Assembly: GCA_963805625.1 (NCBI GenBank)
Contig: CAWDVE010000010.1
Location: 736,001 to 800,000 of the forward strand
DNA length: 64,000 nt
Source of the DNA: an uncultured Candidatus Rokubacteria bacterium
GTDB taxonomy: Bacteria > Methylomirabilota > Methylomirabilia > Rokubacteriales > DASRDR01
Direction of reading: 5' to 3'
Shown here: positions 28,463 through 37,647 of the stretch, in pieces
How positions within the stretch are numbered: the first letter of the stretch is position 1
Layout: each line of letters opens with the position of its first letter
Program-made: the position numbers and the translations under genes
Notes under the pieces: model-generated
Told to the model about the DNA's origin: nothing
What the model saw: only the letters and a program-made list of their open reading frames with translations
The model's database searches: none

Positions 28463-29572
28463 GTGAATCTCCTCGAGATCTACCCCAAGGGTGACTTCTA
28501 CACCGGCGCGGCCATCCAGCTCCGCGATCTCGCGCGCGGGCTCGCCCTGCACGGGCACCGCGTGTCCGTGGTGACGCGGGCGAGCGAGCGGTGGGCCGCC
28601 GAGGCCCGCGCCGCCGGCTTCACTCACCTCGGGTTCTTCCGTGGACCCGTAGATCCCGTCGGGGCCGCGCGCCTCGCCGGGGTTCTCCGCCGTGAGCGGA
28701 TCGAGGTCGTGCACGCCCACAAGGGCGGAGGGCGGACCCTCACGCTCTTCGCGCGAGGTCTCGGGCCGCGACCGCCCCTCGTGGTCAATCGCGGCGTGAG
28801 CTTCCCCATTGCGCCACTGAGCCGTTGGGTAGACGGAAGCCGCGCCGTGGCGCGCATCGTCGCCGTGTGCCAGGCGATCAAGGACGATCTCGTCCGCCAG
28901 GGGCTCCCGGCGGCGAAGATCGACGTCGTCTACTCCGGAACCGACACCGACTGGTTCGACCCCGGCCGCGCGAGCGGTGCCGGCGTCCGCCAGGAGCTCG
29001 GCCTCCACCCCGGCGCACCGCTCATCACGCAGATCGGCGTCCGGGAGCCCAAGGGCAACGACGACCTCCTGCGGGCGTTCGCGCGGATCCGCGCGGCGCG
29101 GCCGGACGCCCGCCTGCTTCTCGTGGGGGCACGCCCCGAGAAGCTGGCGCCTCTCGAGATCCTTGCCCGGGCCGGTGGCCTGGGCGATGCGGTCACGATC
29201 TGGGGCTACCGGGACGACGTGCCCGAGGTGCTCGCCGCCACGCAAGTCTCGGTCGACGCCTCCTACGAAGGGCTCGGCATCACCGGCACGCTCCGCGAGT
29301 CCCTGGCCATGGAGACACCGGTGGTGGCGACCCGGGCGATGGGTAACCCGGAGCTCGTCGGCCACGAGGAGCATGGCCTCCTCGTCCCGGCCCGGGACCC
29401 CGAGGCGCTCGCGGCCGCCGTTCTCCGGCTCCTCGCTGACCCGGCGTGGGCGCGGACTCTCGGACAGGCCGGCCGCGTCCGAGTCGTGGCGGGCTTCTCA
29501 ACCCGGGCAAAGATCGAGCGGCTCGAGACCCTGTACGCTCGCGTGGCCCGCGCCGGTTCGTGCCAGAGCTGA
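28463..29572 (+). CDS. Glycosyltransferase family 4 (LPS-related)
   Basis: HAH, KG, GYRDDVPEVL, EGLGITGTLRESLA...PVVAT. Confidence 0.9.
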   Translation: MNLLEIYPKGDFYTGAAIQLRDLARGLALHGHRVSVVTRASERWAAEARAAGFTHLGFFRGPVDPVGAARLAGVLRRERIEVVHAHKGGGRTLTLFARGLGPRPPLVVNRGVSFPIAPLSRWVDGSRAVARIVAVCQAIKDDLVRQGLPAAKIDVVYSGTDTDWFDPGRASGAGVRQELGLHPGAPLITQIGVREPKGNDDLLRAFARIRAARPDARLLLVGARPEKLAPLEILARAGGLGDAVTIWGYRDDVPEVLAATQVSVDASYEGLGITGTLRESLAMETPVVATRAMGNPELVGHEEHGLLVPARDPEALAAAVLRLLADPAWARTLGQAGRVRVVAGFSTRAKIERLETLYARVARAGSCQS

Positions 29573-29704
29573 TCGCTCAGCTCTCGACCCGCCGGCCCCC
29601 GCGGCCGCCAGGGGCGCCCTGACCCCGATCTGGGCGCGTCTCCCGCGCACCAGAATCGCGCCGCCGAACCCACGCCGCTGCTACAATACGCGCACGGACT
29701 CGCC

Positions 29705-31459
29705 GTGAGCGTCTTCAAGCGCCTCCTTCCGTACGTCCGTCCCTATTGGTCCTGGCTCGTCGCCGGGGGTCTCCTGGCCATCGTGGTCTCCGGCGCCGAC
29801 GGGCTCATCGCCTGGCTCGTGAAGCCGGCCATGGACGAGATTTTCATCCGGCGCGACCTGACGATGCTGAAGCTCCTCCCGCTCCTCATCCTCGGGGTGT
29901 ACGTCGTCAAAGGCGTGGGGCGGTACGGCCAGTCGTACATGATGGCCTCCGTCGGCGAGCGGGTGATTACGGCCCTCCGGCGCGACCTCTACGCGCACAT
30001 TCAGGCCATGCCGCTTGCGTTCTTCCAGGGCCGGCACTCCGCCGACCTCATGTCCCGCGTCGTGGTCGATGCCAGCCGCCTGGCCCGTCTGTCGTCCGAG
30101 GTCCTGGTCATGGCGTTCCGGCAGGTCTGCACCGTGGTCGCGCTCCTCGCCGTCATGCTGACGCAGGAGACGCGGCTCACACTCCTCGCCCTGATCGCCT
30201 TCCCCCTGGTCGGGCTCACGATCCGCTCCATGGGCCGGCGGCTCTACTCCATCAACCGCCGCACACAGGAGCAGATCGCCGCGCTGAACACAGTCCTCCA
30301 GGAGGCGCTGGCCGGCACTAAGATCGTCAAGGCCTTCGGTCGCGAGGCGCACGAGCAAGCCCGATTCGACCTGGTCAACCGCCGGTTGCTCGAACTGTCG
30401 CTGAAGGACCGCCGAGTCGATGAGCTGTCCGAGCCCATCATGGAGATCCTCGCGGCCCTCGGACTGATGGCCATCCTCTGGTACGGGGGCTTCCGCGTGA
30501 TCCAGGGGGCCATGACGCCCGGCACGCTCTTCTCCTTCGTGACGGCCACCCTGATGCTCTACGGTCCCGTGCGCAAGCTCTCCCGGATCGCGAACCTCGC
30601 CCAGCAGACCACGCCCTCTGCCGAGCGGATCTTCGAGATCCTCTCCCTCCAGCCCGCGGTCTCGGATGCACCGGACGCGCTCACGCTGGACGATTTCCGT
30701 CAGGCGATCGAGTTCGACCACGTCTGGTTCCGCTACGAGAACGGCGAGATGGCGCTCAAGGACATCTGTCTGACCGTCCGGCGCGGCGAAGTGGTCGCGC
30801 TCGTGGGAATGAGCGGTGGCGGCAAGTCGACCCTGACGGACCTCATCCCGCGCTTCCACGACGCCACGCAGGGCCAGATCCTCGTCGACGGCATCGACAT
30901 CCGGCGCTACACGCAGGCGTCGCTCCGGAACCAGATCGCGATCGTCACCCAGGACACCTTTCTGTTCCACGACTCGATCGAGGAGAACATCGCCTATGGC
31001 AAGGTGGGCGCGACGGCGGAGGAGATCGAGCGCGCCGCCCGGGCCGCCTACGCCCACGACTTCATCGTCGCGATGCCCGACGGTTACCAGAGCCTCGCCG
31101 GGGAGCGCGGCGTGAAGCTCTCCGGGGGGCAGCGGCAGCGGATCGCCCTCGCGCGGGCGTTCCTGAAGGATCCTCCGATCCTCATCCTGGACGAGGCCAC
31201 CTCCGACCTCGACGCCGAGAGCGAGTACATCGTGCAGCAGGCTCTCGCCGACCTCACCAAGGGGCGGACCGTCGTCCTCATCGCGCACCGCCTGTCGACC
31301 GTCCGTCTTGCTCACCGGATCGCCGTATTCCACGAGGGCCGCATCGTGGAGGAAGGCACCCACGACGAGCTCCTGGGCCAGGATGGTGTGTACCGGCGCC
31401 TCCATGCGCTCCAGTTCGCGACCTCCAGCGCTGGCGGTGCCGGTGACGCAGGCAGCTGA
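29705..31459 (+). CDS. msbA: MsbA-like ABC exporter (TMD+NBD)
   Basis: Six TM region, GMSGGGKST, LSGGQRQR, ILDEATS; LPS gene context. Confidence 0.8.
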   Translation: MSVFKRLLPYVRPYWSWLVAGGLLAIVVSGADGLIAWLVKPAMDEIFIRRDLTMLKLLPLLILGVYVVKGVGRYGQSYMMASVGERVITALRRDLYAHIQAMPLAFFQGRHSADLMSRVVVDASRLARLSSEVLVMAFRQVCTVVALLAVMLTQETRLTLLALIAFPLVGLTIRSMGRRLYSINRRTQEQIAALNTVLQEALAGTKIVKAFGREAHEQARFDLVNRRLLELSLKDRRVDELSEPIMEILAALGLMAILWYGGFRVIQGAMTPGTLFSFVTATLMLYGPVRKLSRIANLAQQTTPSAERIFEILSLQPAVSDAPDALTLDDFRQAIEFDHVWFRYENGEMALKDICLTVRRGEVVALVGMSGGGKSTLTDLIPRFHDATQGQILVDGIDIRRYTQASLRNQIAIVTQDTFLFHDSIEENIAYGKVGATAEEIERAARAAYAHDFIVAMPDGYQSLAGERGVKLSGGQRQRIALARAFLKDPPILILDEATSDLDAESEYIVQQALADLTKGRTVVLIAHRLSTVRLAHRIAVFHEGRIVEEGTHDELLGQDGVYRRLHALQFATSSAGGAGDAGS

Positions 31460-31487
31460 ACGACCGTGAACTGAGCGCCGGTCAACC

Positions 31488-32825
31488 GTGGATCTCGCCG
31501 CGCCCCGCCCCCTCCCACTCGGTCGCTCGCGCGACTGGCCCGCCCTCGCCCGGGATGGCGTCCTCATGGGGTTCTTCGTCGCCATGGCGTGCTCGATCAG
31601 CCTCACCCAGGGACTGCTGGCCCTCCTCTGCCTGCTCGTCCTCACCCCGGCGGGCTTGGCGGGACGCCTCGGCGCAGCCGAGACGCACGCCGCGACCGTA
31701 CCGGCTGCCGGGGCGTGGAGCGACCTCGCCTCGCTGCGCCGGCATCCCCTCACGCCCCCATTCCTGACCTTCGCCGGGTTGACTCTCCTGTCCGCCGCGT
31801 TCTCGGGCAACCCGGGGTGGAGCTTCTGGATCGCGCGGGATCTGCTCCGGATCGCGACCTTCTACCTGGTCCTCCTGTGCACGCGGGACAGCCGCCACGC
31901 GATGCGGCTGTGGCAGGCCTTCCTGGCGACCCTGACCCTCATGGCCGCCTACGGCCTCGGGCAAGCCTTCCTGTGCGGCACACGCCCGGCCTCCGTGTCG
32001 ACGGCCTGGCTGTCCGAGATCTGCACGCACGCCCAGCGGGTCCGTGGGCCCTTCAGCATCTACATGACCTTCGGCGGGGTTCTCTTCCTCGGCGTGCTGT
32101 TCTTCCTGGCGTACCTCGCTAACGTACCGTGGCGTCGCGCCTGGTGGATGCTCCCGGGCGCCGCGGTCACCGTCGCAGCGCTCGCCTTCACCTATTCGCG
32201 CAATGCCTGGCTCGGTCTGGCTGCCGGCGCCCTGGGGCTCGTGCTGACGGCCCAGCGGACCTTACGGATCGTGGCACTTCTCGCCGTGGTGCTGGCCGTG
32301 GGAGCCATGGCCATGCCGGGTCCGGTGGCCCAGCGCGTGCGATCGGTCGTCAACCTGGAGGACCAAACCCTGCGTGACCGGGTGGCGATGTGGCGGTCCG
32401 GCCTCTCCATGGTCGCCGACCATCCCCTGCTCGGCGTCGGCCCAGGCGAAGTCCGGACCTGGTACCAGCACTACCGGCGCCCCGAGGCGGTCCGGCCGAG
32501 CACCGGCCATCTCCACAACTCCGCGATCCAGATCGCCGCGGAGCGCGGACTCCCCGCCCTCATCGCCTGGATGTGGCTCTGGGTCGTCTTCTTCCGGGAG
32601 GGATGGCGGATCCTGGGCCGAGCCGAGCGGGAATCCCCGATGCGGCGCGCCCTGGTCTGCGCGAGCCTAGCGGGCGTTGCGGGATTCCTCGTTGCCGGCT
32701 TGTTCGAGCACAACTTCGGTGACGCCGAGGTCGCGACGGTGGTCTTCGCGCTGATGGCCCAGCCCTGGGTGGTCGAGCGGGAGCTGGCCGAGGCCGGAAC
32801 GACCGGACACGTGCCCGCCGGCTAG
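31488..32825 (+). CDS. O-antigen ligase family protein
   Basis: Polytopic membrane protein, TYSRNAW, DRVAMW, HPLLGVGPG, HLHN. Confidence 0.9.
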   Translation: MDLAAPRPLPLGRSRDWPALARDGVLMGFFVAMACSISLTQGLLALLCLLVLTPAGLAGRLGAAETHAATVPAAGAWSDLASLRRHPLTPPFLTFAGLTLLSAAFSGNPGWSFWIARDLLRIATFYLVLLCTRDSRHAMRLWQAFLATLTLMAAYGLGQAFLCGTRPASVSTAWLSEICTHAQRVRGPFSIYMTFGGVLFLGVLFFLAYLANVPWRRAWWMLPGAAVTVAALAFTYSRNAWLGLAAGALGLVLTAQRTLRIVALLAVVLAVGAMAMPGPVAQRVRSVVNLEDQTLRDRVAMWRSGLSMVADHPLLGVGPGEVRTWYQHYRRPEAVRPSTGHLHNSAIQIAAERGLPALIAWMWLWVVFFREGWRILGRAERESPMRRALVCASLAGVAGFLVAGLFEHNFGDAEVATVVFALMAQPWVVERELAEAGTTGHVPAG

Positions 32826-32875
32826 GGCATCGCTCCGATCACGTTTGTGGCCGGCCGGTTCGCCGGCACCCGCCG

Positions 32876-33154
32876 CTACTGCGAGGGTCTGGGCTCCTCC
32901 ACGGCATCGAGTGCCGCCGCGGCGGCCTCGCGCACGGAGCGATCCTCGTCGTGCCAGGCGGCGTGGCGGAGAGCGTCCGACGCGCCTTGGACATCGGACC
33001 CCAGCATCGCCAGCGAGTCGGCTGCGAAGCGACGGATCGTCGGATCCTCCTCCGTGCTGAGCGCCTCCACGAGTGCGGGGATCGTCCGAGGGCCGAACCG
33101 CGAAACGACGCGGCGGGCCTTCCAGCGCCAGTCGTCCGAGGACTCCGGAAGCAT
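32876..33154 (-). CDS. Small HEAT-repeat protein
   Basis: IPALVEALSTEEDPTIRRFAADSL / DEDRSVREAAAAAL; start uncertain (33154 or 33220). Confidence 0.75.
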   Translation of the reverse strand: MLPESSDDWRWKARRVVSRFGPRTIPALVEALSTEEDPTIRRFAADSLAMLGSDVQGASDALRHAAWHDEDRSVREAAAAALDAVEEPRPSQ

Positions 33155-33223
33155 CGCCACGTCCCGGAGCAGCGAGCCGTGCAGTCTCACAGGCGACCAG
33201 AAGCCGAGCCGCGCCGCCAACGT

Positions 33224-33787
33224 CTAGTTGGCCGGAGCGGCGATCGGCGCCAGAAGTGTCCGTGCAGCCACGGTGTCGGGCCCGGGTGAACGCCGAGCCA
33301 CGATGCGCGGCGTGTCGGGGAGCGCGTCCTCGACCATGACCGCGATTCGCTCCCAGCTCCGCCGCGGCGTCAACTTCAGGTAGTGGTCGGTGAGGTAGTG
33401 GGCCAGCTCGTGGCCAACGAGCGTCCGGCTGTAGTACGGAATGGCCACCACGTTCGTCCCCGGCAGGTAGAGCGCGCGGGCGTCGGCGCCGTGGGGCGCC
33501 ACCGTCACGAGCTGCCGGTACAGATCCGCGATCCGGCTGGCCGACATTACCATGACACGGACCTTCGGCTGGTTCGGATTCAGCGTCACGTTGAGGATCT
33601 CGACGACCTCCTCGAGGAGGTCGTCACCTTGCTCGGCCGCGATGTGCTCATCGCCGAAGTTCTCGACGGTGGCGTAACGGGTGTGGGCGAGCGCCGATCC
33701 CTCGCGGTAGGTCACGTCGGCACAGCCCAACACAACGGGAAGAAGAATGAGTGGAGCCAGGACTCGCAGCACATCCGAGAGACCCAT
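33224..33787 (-). CDS. Hypothetical lipoprotein with HExxH zinc-peptidase-like motif
   Basis: VLGC lipobox; GHELAHY; AAGGAG RBS. Confidence 0.75.
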   Translation of the reverse strand: MGLSDVLRVLAPLILLPVVLGCADVTYREGSALAHTRYATVENFGDEHIAAEQGDDLLEEVVEILNVTLNPNQPKVRVMVMSASRIADLYRQLVTVAPHGADARALYLPGTNVVAIPYYSRTLVGHELAHYLTDHYLKLTPRRSWERIAVMVEDALPDTPRIVARRSPGPDTVAARTLLAPIAAPAN

Positions 33788-33840
33788 GGCAAACTCCTTC
33801 CGGAAGCCGCCTTCCGGAGGAGCTCACAGGCTTCCCCCCT

Positions 33841-33933
33841 GCTTCTTCGGTAACCCGGCTCTCAGGCGCCCAACACCGTCCTGATCCGTGGCTTTGCGTC
33901 CCCACCTCGCGGCGGGTTTGCCTTGTCGGAAGC
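33841..33933 (-). ncRNA. c-di-GMP-I (GEMM) riboswitch
   Basis: Minus strand CCGACAAGGCAAACCCGCCGCGAGGTGGGGACGCAAAGCCACGGATC...GAGAGCCGGGTTACCGAA, matching the GEMM-I pattern (GNRA loop, GGGACGCAAAGCC, GGGTTACCGA). Confidence 0.92.
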
Positions 33934-33983
33934 GGCTTACCTATTCGGTTGTCTCGGCCTTTACGACTGCCGCGTCCGGGAGA

Positions 33984-33999
33984 TTCAAGTCCGGTGCCA
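33984..33999 (-). promoter_or_regulatory. Sigma54-like promoter upstream of the riboswitch
   Basis: Minus strand TGGCACCGGACTTGAA (GG-N10-GA variant). Confidence 0.6.
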
Positions 34000-34193
34000 G
34001 GGGAATTGCTAGAAGATCTGGCTCGCCGTCGGGATGAGGGAGTACTCCCCTAAGTGATGATCACCGTTGATATCCCTGGAGAAAAGTGAGGTCCGGCCTA
34101 CGGTAGGGGTGAGACCAAGGCAGGCCGAGCCTAGCCAATCTTACATACGCCTCCTGTCACTTCGCGGCCGACGTGTCGCCGGGTGAGGACGAG

Positions 34194-35924
34194 CTAGGGG
34201 TGGTCGAACCGATTCGAGATGGGTAGGCGCCAATCGCGACCAAAGGCCCGGGACGTGATCTTCACGCCCGGAGGCGCCTGGCGACGCTTGTACTCGTTCC
34301 GGTCCACCATCGTGATGACCTGCCGGACTGTCGCCTCATCGTATCCCAGCGCGACGATGTCCCCCACCTCGCGGTCCTCCTCGACGTAGGCTTCCAGGAT
34401 GGCGTCCAGCATCTCGTAGGGCGGGAGCGTGTCCTGGTCCGTCTGGTTGGGGCGCAGCTCGGCCGATGGCGCTCGCCGGATCACGGACTCGGGAATCACG
34501 GGACGACCGCCCTGGGCGTTCCGCCAGGCGGCGAGTGCGTACACCATGGTCTTCGGGACGTCCTTGATCACCGCGAAACCCCCGGCCATGTCGCCGTAGA
34601 GCGTGCAGTAGCCCACGCCCGTCTCGCTCTTGTTGCCGGTCGTCAAGACGAGCCAACCGAACTTGTTCGACAGCGCCATCAGGAGGGTGCCGCGGACGCG
34701 GGCCTGGATGTTCTCCTCGGCCACGTCCTCCTTGAGACCCTTGAACGGCGCCGCCAGGACCTGCCGGAAAGCCCGGGTGGCCGGCGTGATCGGCAGCGTG
34801 AGGAACTCGATGCCGAGGTTCCGCGCGACGCGCCGGGCGTCGGCCCGCGTCCCAGCGGACGAGAACGGCGACGGCATGGACACCCCGACCACGCCCTCGC
34901 ACCCCAGCGCATCCACGGCGATCGCTGTCGTGAGCGCCGAATCGATGCCGCCCGAGAGACCCACGACGACGCGCCGGAACCCGTTCTTCCGGACGTAGTC
35001 CCGTGTCCCGGTGACGAGCGCCGCGTACACCTCGGCGTCCCGGTCGAGGAACGTGGTGGACCGCGCCGGCACCGCGGGACGCGGCCGCTCCGGCAGGGGC
35101 GCCAGAGGCACGCGTCGAACCGGGGCCACCGCCATCTGCTTCTCCTTGCGCCGCCGCGAATCGCGAAGCCTCGCGCGGAACACCGCATCGAGGTCGAGGT
35201 CGGCGACCACCAGGTCCTCCTCGAACGCCCGTCCGAGCGCCAGCCGGTCACCGGCAGGGTCGAACACCATGGACTGGCCGTCGAAGACCAGCTCGTCCTG
35301 ACCGCCGACCAGGTTCACGAACGCGAGGTACCCCACGTGGTCCGCCGCCCGGGTGGCCAGCATCTTCTCGCGGAAGCGCACCTTGCCAACGTGATAGGGC
35401 GACGAGTTGATCGAGACCACCACCTCCGCCCCGGCAAGCGTCTGCGCGGTCATGGGCCCGGTGGGGTACCAGATGTCCTCGCAGATATTCACCGCGAGAA
35501 CCGGGCCGCCTTCGCCCAGCTCGAAGACCGGAGTCTCCACCCCGGCCTGGAAGTACCGGTTCTCGTCGAAGACGCCGTAGTTCGGCAGGTACTGCTTGTG
35601 GTACACGCCGGCCACAGCCCCGTCGTGGCAGACGGCGGCGGCGTTCATGATGTCATCCTGCCGGTCGACGAAGCCGACCACGACGATGAGGCCGCTCGAC
35701 GCCCGCGCCACCCGGTCGAGGGCACGCAGATTCGCCTCGATGAACGCGGGCCGGAACAGGAGATCCTCGGGGGGGTACCCGGTCAGGCACAACTCGGGGA
35801 ACGCGACCAGGTCGACCCCGAGTGCGCGCGCCCGCTCGATCTCGTCGAGCACCCGGCGAGCATTGCCCTCGACGTCACCGACGCTGACGTTGAGCTGGGC
35901 CAGGCCGATCCGGAGCTGTCGCAC
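34194..35924 (-). CDS. nadE: Glutamine-dependent NAD+ synthetase
   Basis: Nitrilase domain (FPEL, NICEDIW) plus GLSGGIDS, ENIQARVRG, TGNKSE, PSAELRPNQTD. Confidence 0.97.
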   Translation of the reverse strand: MRQLRIGLAQLNVSVGDVEGNARRVLDEIERARALGVDLVAFPELCLTGYPPEDLLFRPAFIEANLRALDRVARASSGLIVVVGFVDRQDDIMNAAAVCHDGAVAGVYHKQYLPNYGVFDENRYFQAGVETPVFELGEGGPVLAVNICEDIWYPTGPMTAQTLAGAEVVVSINSSPYHVGKVRFREKMLATRAADHVGYLAFVNLVGGQDELVFDGQSMVFDPAGDRLALGRAFEEDLVVADLDLDAVFRARLRDSRRRKEKQMAVAPVRRVPLAPLPERPRPAVPARSTTFLDRDAEVYAALVTGTRDYVRKNGFRRVVVGLSGGIDSALTTAIAVDALGCEGVVGVSMPSPFSSAGTRADARRVARNLGIEFLTLPITPATRAFRQVLAAPFKGLKEDVAEENIQARVRGTLLMALSNKFGWLVLTTGNKSETGVGYCTLYGDMAGGFAVIKDVPKTMVYALAAWRNAQGGRPVIPESVIRRAPSAELRPNQTDQDTLPPYEMLDAILEAYVEEDREVGDIVALGYDEATVRQVITMVDRNEYKRRQAPPGVKITSRAFGRDWRLPISNRFDHP

Positions 35925-35997
35925 GCGGATCCTCCGGCCCGGAGTATATCAAATCGTCCTTGACGAACCTCGGAACGCTCCCGATCATGAGGGCGCG

Positions 35998-36201
35998 ATG
36001 ACGGATGTCCCGGTCGAGCGCCGCACGTACTTTCCGCAGGCCGTTCCGGCCGGCGCCGAGCGGCGTCCCTGCCCTGTCTGCGGGCGCCTCACGCTGGCCC
36101 CCTGGTATCTGCGCCGGGATCGGGAGCGGCACGTCTGGCGGCGCTGGGTCTGTACCGCCTGCCAAGCCCACCAGGACCTGCCCGAGGACCAGTCCGCCTG
36201 A
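35998..36201 (+). CDS. Small zinc-ribbon protein (67 aa)
   Basis: CPVC...CTAC; GAGGG RBS-like sequence. Confidence 0.7.
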   Translation: MTDVPVERRTYFPQAVPAGAERRPCPVCGRLTLAPWYLRRDRERHVWRRWVCTACQAHQDLPEDQSA

Positions 36202-36299
36202 CGGGTCGGGTTCCGACTGTCCGACAGATTGCTGGCAACCGTCGGAGGAATCGCCGAGAAGCCGAAGCCTGATCCCGGTCCCTGGGCAAGGCCGTCCAG

Positions 36300-36508
36300 T
36301 TCCACTCGGGCACGACCGGATTCGGGGCGGGAACTCCCGGCGGCATGGGATTCAAGCTCAAGTACTGCCGGCCCATCCCCACCTCGACGACGTCGCCGCG
36401 GACTTCCCCGATCTCACGATCATCGCCTGCCACCCGTCGTGGCCCTGGCAGGACGAGATGATCGCCGTGTGCCTCCATAAGACGAACGTGTTCATGGAGA
36501 TGTCGGGT
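36300..36508 (+). pseudogene. Amidohydrolase_2 family internal fragment, frameshifted
   Basis: FHSGTTGFGAGTPGGMGFKLKYCRPIP, frameshift at CCCC ~36377-36380, then HLDDVAADFPDLTIIACHPSWPWQDEMIAVCLHKTNVFMEMSG; N- and C-termini missing. Confidence 0.75.
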
Positions 36509-36665
36509 CAAGGCCCCCGTGGGACGGCCTTTGCCCGGCAGCGCGCCCAGACCCGGTTCCAGCAGCTGCCGGAAGAGGTTGAGGAGCTGTTGGTCGATGG
36601 GCTACGTGCGCCGAGTGCCCTGCCCTCCTTGACGACACCAGCCGCCGGATGGTAGTCAGGGCTCC

Positions 36666-37481
36666 GTGAAGCTCGCCGGCAAGGTTGCCCTCGTCACCGG
36701 TGGCGCCCGCGGGATCGGCCGCGGCATCGCCCTCGCCCTCGCAGGTGAGGGTGTCCACGTGGCCGCCGCCGACATCGGAGTGCCGACCGACGGCGCCATC
36801 GAGTACCGGCTCGCCCGGCCCGCCGACCTCGAGGAGACAGTTCGCAGCATCGAGGGCCGCGGGGTCCGATCCCTCGGCATCGCCGGAGACGTCACCCAGG
36901 CCGCCGACGCCCGCCGGATGGTCCGGGACACGGTGACTAGCCTCGGCAGGCTCGACATCGTCGTGAACAACGCCGGCGTTCTGGCCGGAGGGCCGTTCGA
37001 ACAGCTCACCGAAGCGCAGTTCGACCGCATGATGGCGGTCAACGTGAAGGGTATGGTGCTCGTGACGCAGGCCGCCCTGCCTGAGCTCCGGGCGCGCGGC
37101 GGGGGCTCCATCGTCAACATCGCGTCGATCGCGGGAAAGACAGGCCGTGCCTTCACCGCCGGCTACGCGGCCTCGAAGTTTGCCGTCGTCGGGCTCACGC
37201 AGGCTCTTGCTCACGAGTTCGGGCCCGCCAACATCCGCGTCAACGCAGTGTGCCCCGGCCTCCTCCGAACGACGATGTGGACCGACGGCGTCGCGCCCGC
37301 GCGCGCGGCGTCCCTCGGCGTCCCGGTCAACGAAGCGTTCGACGCATTCGTCCGCCAGACCACCCCCCTGGGACGCGAGCAGACGCCCGAGGACATCGGC
37401 GAGGCCGTCGTCTACCTCTGCCGCGCGGAGAACGTGACCGGCGTCGCGCTCAACGTCGCCGGTGGCGTGGAGATGCACTAG
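36666..37481 (+). CDS. SDR family oxidoreductase
   Basis: TGGARGIG, NNAG, YAASK, NAVCPG. Confidence 0.95.
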   Translation: MKLAGKVALVTGGARGIGRGIALALAGEGVHVAAADIGVPTDGAIEYRLARPADLEETVRSIEGRGVRSLGIAGDVTQAADARRMVRDTVTSLGRLDIVVNNAGVLAGGPFEQLTEAQFDRMMAVNVKGMVLVTQAALPELRARGGGSIVNIASIAGKTGRAFTAGYAASKFAVVGLTQALAHEFGPANIRVNAVCPGLLRTTMWTDGVAPARAASLGVPVNEAFDAFVRQTTPLGREQTPEDIGEAVVYLCRAENVTGVALNVAGGVEMH

Positions 37482-37647
37482 CCCCTGCCAGCTGAAGCTC
37501 CCCAGGCCGATCCTGCGCTCCCCGGATCACGTCAAACCGCGAAAAGACGCGATGCTTCGGATAGAATGACGGGGCCTTCGCCGGCAACACCTTCTTCGTC
37601 ACGCATGCCGACGGCGCGAGAGTGGGGGGCGGTATGAGGATCTGCCG

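Noticed and set aside
32876-33787. HExxH lipoprotein and HEAT ORF are in frame across a TAG (33224-33226): possible amber read-through
   Set aside because: The intervening sequence looks non-conserved, the HEAT gene has its own plausible ATG at 33154, there is no pyrrolysine context, and a one-in-three frame coincidence explains it.
33841-33933. Riboswitch as the cGAMP-sensing GEMM-Ib variant
   Set aside because: The position equivalent to G20 is G (ACAAGGCAAACC), the canonical c-di-GMP signature.
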